A DNA stretch of 64,000 bases, taken from positions 19,882 through 83,881 of IMG/VR virus record IMGVR_UViG_3300030109_004085, one strand, 5' to 3'. Positions 10,601 through 18,784 of the stretch are shown here, piece by piece (the first letter of the stretch is position 1; each line of letters starts with the position of its first letter). The notes under the pieces were generated by a model. That model did no database searches. It was not told the origin of the DNA and was given only the letters and a program-made list of their open reading frames with translations. Made by a program: the position numbers and the translations under genes. The DNA is from a virus.

Positions 10601-11118
10601 TCCAGAAGCTTGTAATCCACACGAGGATAACGATAGAAGTTCTCTTCCTTGTAGGACTCAGAGATCAACTTGAATAGATTGTTCAATCCTGTCTGACTCT
10701 GAGCCAGAAGGACCAAATGACGGCGACGATTGATAACAGACTTCACAGCCTTCTTAGAGGCTTCTTCGTCCTCCACGGTCGCACCAGAGGTGTCCCCCGC
10801 CTTGGCCAGCGTCTTAGCTAGTTTAGCGTCTGCCTTGATGCGATCATACTCCTTTTGCCATTCCTCAATAGAAGGTAAGAAATAAGCTTCAACACCAAAG
10901 ATAGGCTTGAAGTCCTTGCCTTCTGCCTTCATCTTCTTCCAATGAAGAAACTGGTGTGAGAACCCATTCATGTTCCCGTGGTCTGTGAGTGCGAGAGCTT
11001 CGCCTCCATTCTCATAGCAGAAATCCATATGCTCATCGGGGTATCCGATAGCATCAAAAATGGAACCCGCCACAGAGTGAGCGTGAAGTCCAACAAAAGG
11101 TATCTTTTTATCCGTCAT
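7678..11118 (-). CDS. dnaE: DNA polymerase III alpha subunit
   Basis: PHP domain (HAHS, LTDHG), GRGSAAGSLVAY, PDIDYD, KFDLLGL, YGFNKSHA. Confidence 0.95.
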   Translation of the reverse strand: MTDKKIPFVGLHAHSVAGSIFDAIGYPDEHMDFCYENGGEALALTDHGNMNGFSHQFLHWKKMKAEGKDFKPIFGVEAYFLPSIEEWQKEYDRIKADAKLAKTLAKAGDTSGATVEDEEASKKAVKSVINRRRHLVLLAQSQTGLNNLFKLISESYKEENFYRYPRVDYKLLDKYSEGVIASSACLGGPYAGNYWANREEGSEAVMEAMRETSRRFVEIFGDRWYGELQWNNIPEQHELNQYIIKVCKEFDITLISTADSHYPNTEAWKDRELYKRLGWLGKGTPAWAEDNTELPEGVEEIGYELYPKNGNQMWDAYKYYSKVGGHEYDDELVMNSITETHNIAFNRVEDFVPDTTVKLPDFVVPAGFTATSALVNYSLEGLRQRDLHENKEYTDRLKMELDVIDDRGFSKYFLTMKAISDKANEVQLTGPGRGSAAGSLVAYVLGITQIDPIKYGLLFERFLRKDATDYPDIDYDVAEPMELKELLMDEWGKNSVVPISNWNTLQLKSLIKDISKFYGVPFIEVNKVTSQMIFEATPAAKAKHGIKAGVYNPTWQEVMELSPSLRGFLVKHPHIKTHVEALVGQVRSCSRHAGGVLIADDLNEHMPIISSGGVRQSPWAEGQNLRHLEPLGFIKFDLLGLSTLRMIEGAVRHILVRHHNIPEPTFKDVQAFYNKHLHPDVIDFDDQAVYKNVFQKGNFAGIFQFTEGRAQEFCSNVKPKSLVDISAITSIYRPGPLSANVHEQYIQAKENADEIDYMNHHIKDVTEETYGFLIFQEQIALLAHKLGKDLSLDEGNMLRKVLTKKGTGKGARVKNQLKQKFINGCVEKGIRQREAEDMWERFEYFSGYGFNKSHAISYSAISFQCAWLWNYYPVEWMASFLDKEPEKRKEKAINIAKQNGFFIEKADVNRSSFVWEIDPDDDRKLIQPLAGLKGLGDAAIQQIVDNRPFANIEEFLFHDDIVYSKLNKKALDCLVRSGAMNSLMDDRFTGRKHYWSAVAVDRVYNRKKFNENIDKYKDEGDFTSAEEIENLTTITGIFPMSLVVTPEVQQKLDEYYIPAISDYDPELGLVWFIPREIIRKKTKNGKPYWIVEVIDSNSALTKFRCWGIVEGKDRIHLNRPYMGKLDYDPAWGFSTRSIKRNLRLLG

Positions 11119-11974
11119 TAATTTTTCCTCTTCTGTACATTATCTTTTTAGATGGTCGCTTCATGCGCTTGCCGAGCGGCGACCCTAGTAAATTAGCATA
11201 CCCAGCCCAGGTTGTCAAGTCAAAAAACTCTTCAATCTCTTGATCGTTGCTAGTGGGCCCTCCACCGAACACATCTTCAAGATTATACTTTAGGGACACC
11301 AATCGTTCCTCGGGGGGTAACTTCTCTGTTGGGATGGCCTCTCCATCGGTTGACTTCCAAACCGAAGCATTTGTGGTTATTGTGTGTTTTGCTCTGCGCC
11401 ACTCTTCTGGTTCCATAACAAATGAGATAGGATATCCGTCCCTTACAGTCTTGCCTTTGTGCGAAAAGTAGAATGTTTTCTTTTTTTGCACCTTGGCCCG
11501 ATGTTTAAGTAGTTCTTTTGGGTCCAGCATTCCCAAAGGAAAGGAAACGTAATAAGCAGCCGGTGTTGTCCAGCGCGAGAACATGCGCATAACCCAAAAA
11601 CATACATTTGCGCCATAAATGGTGGACCAAGCGTAGTTGTCGACCCTGTCTCTATGTTTCGGGTGAATAGGAACATAATAAATGGGAACTTCCAAATGAT
11701 TGGGACTGCCCCAGTTTTTGAACGCACCTTGCTCCACAGAACGCATATCTGTCGCGTATTCACCAATGCGATGGCGGATAAGAGGGGCAATGTCGTCGTT
11801 TGCAACAATCCAAATAGAATTGCACCCAACGTGGATGCATTCAAAGATAGCCGATTCCAATGCGGTGTAGTTTGGAGCAACAGGTATAAGAGAAGAGTCC
11901 CATTCCATACCAAACTCGGAGGTCATTCCTGCGACTGGAATAATGCCCGGTAGGTTTTCTTTACTACGGCTCAT
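11108..11974 (-). CDS. Divergent sugar-phosphate nucleotidyltransferase-fold protein
   Basis: N-terminal GIIPVAG...LIPV pattern; the usual GxGTR and K residues are absent. Confidence 0.45.
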   Translation of the reverse strand: MSRSKENLPGIIPVAGMTSEFGMEWDSSLIPVAPNYTALESAIFECIHVGCNSIWIVANDDIAPLIRHRIGEYATDMRSVEQGAFKNWGSPNHLEVPIYYVPIHPKHRDRVDNYAWSTIYGANVCFWVMRMFSRWTTPAAYYVSFPLGMLDPKELLKHRAKVQKKKTFYFSHKGKTVRDGYPISFVMEPEEWRRAKHTITTNASVWKSTDGEAIPTEKLPPEERLVSLKYNLEDVFGGGPTSNDQEIEEFFDLTTWAGYANLLGSPLGKRMKRPSKKIMYRRGKINDG

Positions 11975-12695
11975 GCAGGACTATTCTATCATCCAAATCT
12001 TCTGTTGTCTCGAAATAAAAGTTTCTTTTGCTTATGTGACGGTCGCTATGACTTAACTTTAAGTATTCTTTGTTGTTTCGCTTGAGCTTCATTTGCTTTA
12101 TTTTTCTTTCCAAAAGCAAGCGCACAATGGTGTCGGAATAATCAAAGTTTTTGATGTCTTGGGCGTCAATGATACTTGTTGCTAAAAAGTCCTTGAAATC
12201 TCCGGTTGAATTCCTATCAACTCGGTTGGTTCTTATGGTTCTGAACTCTTTAACGAACGAATCGTGGGGCTTGACGATAATATCGTGCCCTAGCTTGGAA
12301 CCTACTGTAATATCAAAGTAATCTTTAACAATGTAATCGTTAATGGTCTGATCCACGCCATCAAAATAGCAGTTTTCAAGGTCAAAAATATGAAGGAACT
12401 TAAACTCGACTAGAATCTTGGTGTTTCCCTTTGTAATAATCTTTAATTTGTCGTCTTCCATTCCGATAGTTTGAATATCAAACGGAACAGGAAGTTTGGA
12501 TTTCATTCCAAGTTCAAATATGCCGTTATACCAGTTGCTTTTTACATCTTCATAACGAAAGAAATGAACAAAAGGTCTTTGCTCATCATTGACGATTAGG
12601 TGGTAGTTCTTTTTGTTCGCGAATGTAATCGCTTCTTCCCGCCAGCCAATCACAACGTTGGGAAGTTTGATTTGTATAGGTGAAAGCCCAGTCAT
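11964..12695 (-). CDS. Hypothetical protein (probably leaderless mRNA)
   Basis: 243-aa ORF; -10 box ends 6 nt before the ATG. Confidence 0.7.
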   Translation of the reverse strand: MTGLSPIQIKLPNVVIGWREEAITFANKKNYHLIVNDEQRPFVHFFRYEDVKSNWYNGIFELGMKSKLPVPFDIQTIGMEDDKLKIITKGNTKILVEFKFLHIFDLENCYFDGVDQTINDYIVKDYFDITVGSKLGHDIIVKPHDSFVKEFRTIRTNRVDRNSTGDFKDFLATSIIDAQDIKNFDYSDTIVRLLLERKIKQMKLKRNNKEYLKLSHSDRHISKRNFYFETTEDLDDRIVLHEP

Positions 12696-12701
12696 ACTAC
12701 T

Positions 12702-12730
12702 AATGTAGCATAACCGGGCTTACAAGTCAA
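12702..12730 (-). promoter_or_regulatory. Sigma70-type promoter with extended -10
   Basis: TTGACT-17 nt-TACATT, TGn before the -10. Confidence 0.65.
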
Positions 12731-12738
12731 GTATTATT

Positions 12739-12972
12739 TTATAGAATGTTTTTTAGCGCTTCCTCAAGGAATGCGCGGAGAACATTTATATCTACATTTT
12801 GCTGGGCATCACTGATGGCACTGTCAAGTATCTCAAGAGTTCCGATTTCTGCTTCGTTTCTGCCGTATCTTTCGCCGGCAGTTCGCATATCGGGCTCTTC
12901 CTCTTCGGATACAGCACCAAGCCCCAACTCTTCCTTAATAATCTCTTGTAATCTTGCTTTTGTGATTTTCAT
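12739..12972 (-). CDS. Small acidic protein with MKITKARLQEIIKEE leader
   Basis: N-terminal motif shared with 12985-13293 and 51617-52060. Confidence 0.75.
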   Translation of the reverse strand: MKITKARLQEIIKEELGLGAVSEEEEPDMRTAGERYGRNEAEIGTLEILDSAISDAQQNVDINVLRAFLEEALKNIL

Positions 12973-12984
12973 TTTATGCCCCTA

Positions 12985-13293
12985 CTATAGATTAGCTATA
13001 TATTCATCAAAGAACTTATCACCCATGCTTCGAACGGAGGCAAAATCGGCGCCCATGGCACCTTGTTTTCCGAGAGCTTGATAAATCTTCTTGCCGGAAT
13101 ACTTGGTCGCCTCTACATAGTCATCGTATGGGATACTGTTTGGATCGAGGCCGCGGGCGGCAAGGTACTCATCGTATTCACGCATCTCGTCGCGGTCGAC
13201 AAGAGGAAGTTCCGTCTGTCCTTCAAGTTCCTCGGACACAGCTGCAATCTCTTCCTTAATAATCTCTCTTAGTTTTGCTTTTGTAATTCTCAT
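12985..13293 (-). CDS. Small protein with MRITKAKLREIIKEE leader
   Basis: Start reassigned to ATG 13293 (AAGGAG SD); motif shared with neighbour. Confidence 0.75.
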   Translation of the reverse strand: MRITKAKLREIIKEEIAAVSEELEGQTELPLVDRDEMREYDEYLAARGLDPNSIPYDDYVEATKYSGKKIYQALGKQGAMGADFASVRSMGDKFFDEYIANL

Positions 13294-13322
13294 GGCTTTA
13301 TAATCTCCTTTTGCCGACAACT

Positions 13323-13330
13323 TAAATAGT
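13323..13330 (-). promoter_or_regulatory. Putative late promoter ACTATTTA
   Basis: About 30 nt upstream of ATG 13293. Confidence 0.65.
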
Positions 13331-13333
13331 TGT

Positions 13334-13612
13334 TTAATCGGATAAAATCCCAATAACATGGTTTTCTTTAATGACCGTGAAGGTTTCGCCATTATGGTCA
13401 ATGTCTCGCAACATATGAGCCTCCACAACCAACCGCAGTCCAAATGCCCATAGGACGTTGTTTGAAGTGGTATGAGCTTGTCGTAGCTCCACAACCGCAA
13501 ACGGTGATTCAACAGATCGGTAATCCTGTGGAAGCAAGATTCCGCTGTCTTCTGATTCATTATCCTCTACGGTTCTAACGTAAAGGTAGTTATTTACTGG
13601 TACAAAGTTCAT
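13334..13612 (-). CDS. groES: GroES-like co-chaperonin
   Basis: PVNNYLYV, SGILLP mobile loop, IKENHVIGIL. Confidence 0.75.
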   Translation of the reverse strand: MNFVPVNNYLYVRTVEDNESEDSGILLPQDYRSVESPFAVVELRQAHTTSNNVLWAFGLRLVVEAHMLRDIDHNGETFTVIKENHVIGILSD

Positions 13613-13620
13613 TTTATCTC

Positions 13621-13929
13621 CTAGCTAAATGACATTCCGCAGCCACACGTTGAATTGGCGTCGGGGTTTCTAAACACAAATCCATGTTGTTGTAGTCCAG
13701 ATTGGTAATCCACCGTCGTATTCTTCAGTATGTCTGCGCTATGTGGATCAATATACACCTTCACGCCGGGAATGTCAAGCTTAATATCTTCTTCATCTAT
13801 TTCCTCGGTAAAAGCTAAAGTATAAGTGAACCCACTACAACCGCCGCCCACAACAGCAACACGGATGATTTCTTCTTCTTCTACACCTTCCTTCAGATAC
13901 TCCTTTGCGCTCGCTGTAAATTCTATCAT
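13621..13929 (-). CDS. iscA: IscA/HesB Fe-S cluster carrier
   Basis: GGGCSGFTY and FRNP...CGCGMSF. Confidence 0.9.
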   Translation of the reverse strand: MIEFTASAKEYLKEGVEEEEIIRVAVVGGGCSGFTYTLAFTEEIDEEDIKLDIPGVKVYIDPHSADILKNTTVDYQSGLQQHGFVFRNPDANSTCGCGMSFS

Positions 13930-13930
13930 G

Positions 13931-16345
13931 TTATCCGCACTTTGCGTAGCCGCACACCGTGCAAGTCACGCAACCCTCAACATATATTAGGCCATCGGCA
14001 TCACACTCAGGACAAGTCTTTTCAGTTGCTTCTTGTCCATCGGGAATGTAATTCTTAAGGATACGAGCGATACACTTTGAGAACGAGAACATATCAGAGT
14101 CCTTGTCTTTTTGTAATTGCTCTACAACATACTGAATGTTTGCTCCGTGGCGCAGGCCAAGTGAAATCATACGAGTGAAGGCGCTATGGTTTGCGTTGTC
14201 AAATACCTTAACGAGGTCCTTGATGATAACAGTATCACCATTTGTACCGACGCGCAAGTCATAAATAGAATTTACAGTTTTTCGTGGGTTCTTAACAAGA
14301 ACTCCCTTTGCTTTGCCTCTCGGAATCTCGATAAGGTTTGAAAGTCCTCCCATGACCTCGTACGGCTTGTCGCCAAGAAGTCCGACCATAACAACCCACT
14401 TTTCACCCTTAATGGTGGTATGGTGGATATTACACTCCAACTCCAAGGGACGCTTTGGCGCCCGGTGTTGAGGGAATGTCTCTTCCGCTTCTTTATCGTC
14501 CTCGGTCAACAAAACACCAGTTCGGGAACCATCAACATATACAGTGATGCCCTTGAGTCCCATTTCCCAGCCTTGCTGATATAATTTGCCAACAACTTCC
14601 GGGGCGGTGCCCTTTGGAAGGTTGATTGTGGAACTAATAGAATGATCAATAGACTTTTGAATTGCCGCCTGAATGGCCACTCGCTGTGACCAGTCGATAG
14701 AATCGGACTCCACAAAGAAATCTGGAATGTCTTCAGTTTCTAATAATTTAAGATACTCGCGGACATTGTGATGGAACACCTTATATTCCAACCAACGATC
14801 TCCTAGCTCATCTACAAAGTCAGGCGTGACATCTGTCTCATTATGCGACAGTTTGCGGCGGCGAATGTAGTAGTTCTTAAATACGGGCTCCAAACCAGAT
14901 GAAGTCTGTGACATAATAGAAACAGAACCAGTAGGAGCGTTCGTCAGAATAGAAATGTTACGACGACCATGAGTTTGAATTAAAGCCTGTATTTCATCGG
15001 GAAGGCGCTGGATGTAGGCGTTGTTGCTTTCCAGTTCCCAATCAAATACCGGGAATGCTCCACGCTCTTGTGCAAGGTAGCAACTTTCAGTGTAAGCGGT
15101 GTCTCTAACGGTCTCATAGATTTTATCAATCAAAGCCAAAGCCTCGTCTGAGTCATAGGCAAGGTTCATTCGAGCGATAGCGTCTGCAAGACCGTGAGTC
15201 CCAAGACCAGTTCTGCGGCCATTTGCGGCTGCATTATAAAGTTTAGTCCATAGTTCCTTTTCATCATCTGAATCGGCAACGGCGCGGATGTTTTCTAACT
15301 TTTCTAGCTCCAATTCCACAAGGTTGTCTGAAAGTCGCATACCAACAGCCGCTATCTCCTGCAGTTTGTTATAATCAAACACCGCGAGGTCCGTAAAGGG
15401 CTCCAAAACAAGATGCTTGAGATTCAGAGAAATAAGACGACAAGAATCATAAGCAGAAAGTGGGATTTCTCCACAGGGGTTGGTAGTCTTCGTTTGAAAC
15501 TGTGGATAAGAGTGTGCCGGTAGGTTATTGATGATATTATCCCACATAAGAAGTCCGGGCTCTGCCGTCTTAGTGGCTGACTCTACAATGTCGTTCCAAA
15601 GCTCTACGGCGTTGATAGAGCTAATATGCGTTGGAGTCTCGGCATCTACCGGGAAACGAAGTGTAAACTCCTCTCCGTCCCTCACAGCCTCCATAAAGTC
15701 GTCTGTAATCTTTACAGAAACGTTGGCGCCCGTAACCTTAGTCAGATCGTGCTTCATCTTTACAAATTCTTGAATGTCCGGGTGACGAACGTCCATAGAA
15801 ATCATAAGGGCTCCCCGACGACCATTCTGTCCGATCATCCGACAAACGTAAGAATAAAAATCAGCAAAAGACCAAGCCCCAGTTGTAGTGCGAGCAGAGT
15901 TGTTAACGGGAGCACCCTCGGGGCGCAAATCAGAAATATCAAGCCCAACCCCACAACGGCGCTTAAACAAGTTAGCAATGTCTTTGCCAGCATCCATAAT
16001 AGAAGAAATGGAGTCTTTAGGATTCTCCACGACAACGCAGTTAGATAGTGATACATTAACATAATCATTTCCAATCCCCATCATGGGCGAACCCTGTGGG
16101 ACAATATATTTGAAGTCCTTTAAGTAAGAGTAGATTTCTGATTCAGTCGGGTGGTCTCCACCGAACTTTTCTTCCATCCGAGCGAATTCGCTAGCGATGC
16201 GGAGATGCATCTCATCGGGGGTCTTTTCAACATAATTCCCCTTATTGTCGCGAAGACAATATTTCGTCATAAAAACGTTTGTTGCGAGTTCATCGCCATC
16301 AAAATAATCGAGCGTGGCCTCTCTTACTTCACCTTCATTATACAT
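13931..16345 (-). CDS. nrdJ: Class II (B12-dependent) ribonucleotide reductase
   Basis: LSNC, GRRGA, TNPCGEI, APTGSVS, KGITVYVDGSR, C-terminal CPEC...CTVCGYAKC; no beta subunit nearby. Confidence 0.9.
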   Translation of the reverse strand: MYNEGEVREATLDYFDGDELATNVFMTKYCLRDNKGNYVEKTPDEMHLRIASEFARMEEKFGGDHPTESEIYSYLKDFKYIVPQGSPMMGIGNDYVNVSLSNCVVVENPKDSISSIMDAGKDIANLFKRRCGVGLDISDLRPEGAPVNNSARTTTGAWSFADFYSYVCRMIGQNGRRGALMISMDVRHPDIQEFVKMKHDLTKVTGANVSVKITDDFMEAVRDGEEFTLRFPVDAETPTHISSINAVELWNDIVESATKTAEPGLLMWDNIINNLPAHSYPQFQTKTTNPCGEIPLSAYDSCRLISLNLKHLVLEPFTDLAVFDYNKLQEIAAVGMRLSDNLVELELEKLENIRAVADSDDEKELWTKLYNAAANGRRTGLGTHGLADAIARMNLAYDSDEALALIDKIYETVRDTAYTESCYLAQERGAFPVFDWELESNNAYIQRLPDEIQALIQTHGRRNISILTNAPTGSVSIMSQTSSGLEPVFKNYYIRRRKLSHNETDVTPDFVDELGDRWLEYKVFHHNVREYLKLLETEDIPDFFVESDSIDWSQRVAIQAAIQKSIDHSISSTINLPKGTAPEVVGKLYQQGWEMGLKGITVYVDGSRTGVLLTEDDKEAEETFPQHRAPKRPLELECNIHHTTIKGEKWVVMVGLLGDKPYEVMGGLSNLIEIPRGKAKGVLVKNPRKTVNSIYDLRVGTNGDTVIIKDLVKVFDNANHSAFTRMISLGLRHGANIQYVVEQLQKDKDSDMFSFSKCIARILKNYIPDGQEATEKTCPECDADGLIYVEGCVTCTVCGYAKCG

Positions 16346-16347
16346 TG

Positions 16348-17730
16348 TTAATTTTCTCCTTTGTTCTTCTTGAAATTCTTGTATTTTTCTGCAAGTGATT
16401 GCTTTTGCTTTTTAGCATTCACTTCCACATTCTCATCCTCCTCAGATGGCTCCAAAACCTTGATACTGACTGTGCTCGTATCCATAAAAATAGGAAATAC
16501 AAGCCCATCAGGTCCATTTCTGTTCTTTGCCACAAAAACCCTTCCACCGTTCGCAACCTTATCATCCACAGTTCTTGAGACTGTGAAAATAAAGTCAGAA
16601 ACAAAACATTTGTTGAACGCTTCGGAGATCGCCTCCATCGTGATAACCTCGGCATTCAAGCCAGACCTGTTAGTCTGTGAAGCCGTCCAGATGGGGCATT
16701 TCACCTCTGCCGCAATACCGCGGAGTTCTTCGTAAATAGTCTCTAGCTCATTTCTCTTCTCTCTTTGAGTACGAACCGGACGAAGCAGATCAGCATAATC
16801 TACGATAATCATATCAACGTTGATATCGCGCATCTTTAACTTTTCAAGGTGCGTCTTAATTGTGTGAGTTGTCGCAGACTTTGTTGGGTATTCCTTAACA
16901 ATAAGGCGACCTTCAATATCCTGGACCTCTTCATAAATCTTCTCTTTGAACGACATAAGATTACCCAAAGGCACCTTCGTCAGACATGAATCATAACGAG
17001 ACGCGATAACCGTATCCTGAAGTTCTAGGGTATAATGAACAACGGTTTTACCAGCCTTTAGTGCTTGCGTGCCAAGGTGAACGAGCACCATTGATTTACC
17101 AGCACCGGTCGGGGCAATAACAACACCAAGCTCCTTCTGTCCCAGACCGCCCTTAGAGATATTATCAATTAGATCCCAACCAGTTGAAATAGGGTTGCGG
17201 AAACGAGGCTTGAAGCGTTCTTCAAAGTCCTTCTTCCAGTCATAACCCTCGTCATTGTTCATACCAAGTCTTAGCGAGTCATTAATAACTTGCGAGATCT
17301 CATCATATGAAGAGTTCTGGAGCAGTCCGATGGACTTGACCATTGCAGACTTGAGATTCTGCTTTTTACAGAAGTCAAGCGACGTATCTTTGATATACTC
17401 TACGTCTGTAAGATTTGCGATTTGTGAGCGTACATAAAACTCACGCACTTGTTTCGCAGTTAGTTCGTTCTCGCCATCTAGATCGGAGCGCAAGATAGTC
17501 TTCATAATATCACGGGATGGGTGGACCCCATACTTCTCGCGATAAGAGAAAACCTTCGTTAAAAAGAGTTTTAGGTAGTTTAACTCCAAAAAGTTAATAT
17601 CAAGGACTTCTTCAATCTGGTCTGCAAATGAACGATCGTCTAGGATCACCATACAAAGCTTTTCTTGAAAGGACTTGCCATACTTTGAAAAGTTGGCGTT
17701 TTCGTTTTTACCGATAATAGTTTGATTCAT
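16348..17730 (-). CDS. Replicative DnaB/gp41-like helicase
   Basis: APTGAGKS Walker A, IIVDYADLL, ASQTNR, KNRNG; start at 17730 (leaderless) or 17736. Confidence 0.9.
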   Translation of the reverse strand: MNQTIIGKNENANFSKYGKSFQEKLCMVILDDRSFADQIEEVLDINFLELNYLKLFLTKVFSYREKYGVHPSRDIMKTILRSDLDGENELTAKQVREFYVRSQIANLTDVEYIKDTSLDFCKKQNLKSAMVKSIGLLQNSSYDEISQVINDSLRLGMNNDEGYDWKKDFEERFKPRFRNPISTGWDLIDNISKGGLGQKELGVVIAPTGAGKSMVLVHLGTQALKAGKTVVHYTLELQDTVIASRYDSCLTKVPLGNLMSFKEKIYEEVQDIEGRLIVKEYPTKSATTHTIKTHLEKLKMRDINVDMIIVDYADLLRPVRTQREKRNELETIYEELRGIAAEVKCPIWTASQTNRSGLNAEVITMEAISEAFNKCFVSDFIFTVSRTVDDKVANGGRVFVAKNRNGPDGLVFPIFMDTSTVSIKVLEPSEEDENVEVNAKKQKQSLAEKYKNFKKNKGEN

Positions 17731-17736
17731 AGCCAT

Positions 17737-17765
17737 ATCTTACTCTTCTCTCAGTGCTTTGTCAA
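17737..17765 (-). promoter_or_regulatory. Sigma70-type promoter for the helicase
   Basis: TTGACA-17 nt-TAAGAT, 6 nt before ATG 17730. Confidence 0.65.
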
Positions 17766-18708
17766 TACAAATTTTGTTCATAGTGCTGTGCAGATCCTCC
17801 CAGTTAAAGACACCAAAGCCATCCTGATTCATCATACGAAGAATCTCGGTTTTGTTGTAATCGTGCTCAAAGTTGTTTAGTGCGTAGTGTACCTTTTCTT
17901 GACTCTGCAACGAGATGGCTGGAGCATACAGTTGCATAAGTTTATAGTTACTTATAACTATGTCTTTGTGCTCTAAAATGTTCGTGAAAAACTTTGCTTT
18001 TGAGTCGATATTCTCGCAAAAATCGAAAACCTCGTGTAAAGTCACATCTTTATCTTCTCTCAGAAAATTAAGATTTTTTGCGATGGACTTAAGACCAGCA
18101 CGAGGAACACCCACAAGATTGTCGGATGCATCGCCAGCGATGGCCCGGGCAAGAGCAAAGTTACGAGGGTGGATATTGAAATCATCAACCACATTTAGCT
18201 TATTATGTACAATCTTCTGAGTGGGACGAAGTAATACGGTTTCGTCGTCACATAGCTGAATGAAGTCCTTATCATTGGACACAATAACTTTCTGCCACCC
18301 ATCATATTGCGAGAGGCGACTGACATAAGAGATAATGTCGTCAGCCTCAATCTCGTCAAAGCGGAACTGAATAACAGGTAATTCATTTAGATACTCGATA
18401 AGTCGTACCTGCTGCCATACCATGTTCTCACGCTGTTGTTCGGGCGTGAGATTATTGGGTCGATTGACCCGAATGGGCTTGCGACCCTCTTTATAATTCT
18501 TGTTTTGTTGTCGACGCTTACGTGAGCCTCCCGGCCCATCCCAGACAATTACAATACTGTCTGGGTTAATATCCCGGCAAAGCTTCTGTAGAATGCCTAG
18601 AAAACCCTTAAGACCACCAATTGGCTGTCCGTGGATCGAAATACTTGGATTTACAATGAAAGCCCTGAAGTAAGCATTCAGAGCATCCACAATCATTACT
18701 CTTTTCAT
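17740..18708 (-). CDS. 5'-3' exonuclease / flap endonuclease (T4 RNase H or PolI N-terminal-like)
   Basis: IVDALN, YKEGR, EADDII, SNDKDF, GDASDNLVGV. Confidence 0.9.
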   Translation of the reverse strand: MKRVMIVDALNAYFRAFIVNPSISIHGQPIGGLKGFLGILQKLCRDINPDSIVIVWDGPGGSRKRRQQNKNYKEGRKPIRVNRPNNLTPEQQRENMVWQQVRLIEYLNELPVIQFRFDEIEADDIISYVSRLSQYDGWQKVIVSNDKDFIQLCDDETVLLRPTQKIVHNKLNVVDDFNIHPRNFALARAIAGDASDNLVGVPRAGLKSIAKNLNFLREDKDVTLHEVFDFCENIDSKAKFFTNILEHKDIVISNYKLMQLYAPAISLQSQEKVHYALNNFEHDYNKTEILRMMNQDGFGVFNWEDLHSTMNKICIDKALREE

Positions 18709-18730
18709 TTGTTATCCCCTAACGTAGAAA

Positions 18731-18773
18731 GCGACTGTGAGGTTATGATACCCCACAGCCGCCGGTTTGTCAA
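18731..18773 (-). promoter_or_regulatory. Sigma70 promoter embedded in a terminator-like hairpin downstream of recA
   Basis: TTGACA-17 nt-TATCAT; the -10 lies in the loop of GCGGCTGTGGGG/CCTCACAGTCGC, followed by TTTCT. Confidence 0.65.
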
Positions 18774-18784
18774 CCCTTATTTAC

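Noticed and set aside
12985-13560. 191-aa ORF as given in the track
   Set aside because: Its 5' part overlaps groES in another frame; the SD and shared leader place the start at 13293
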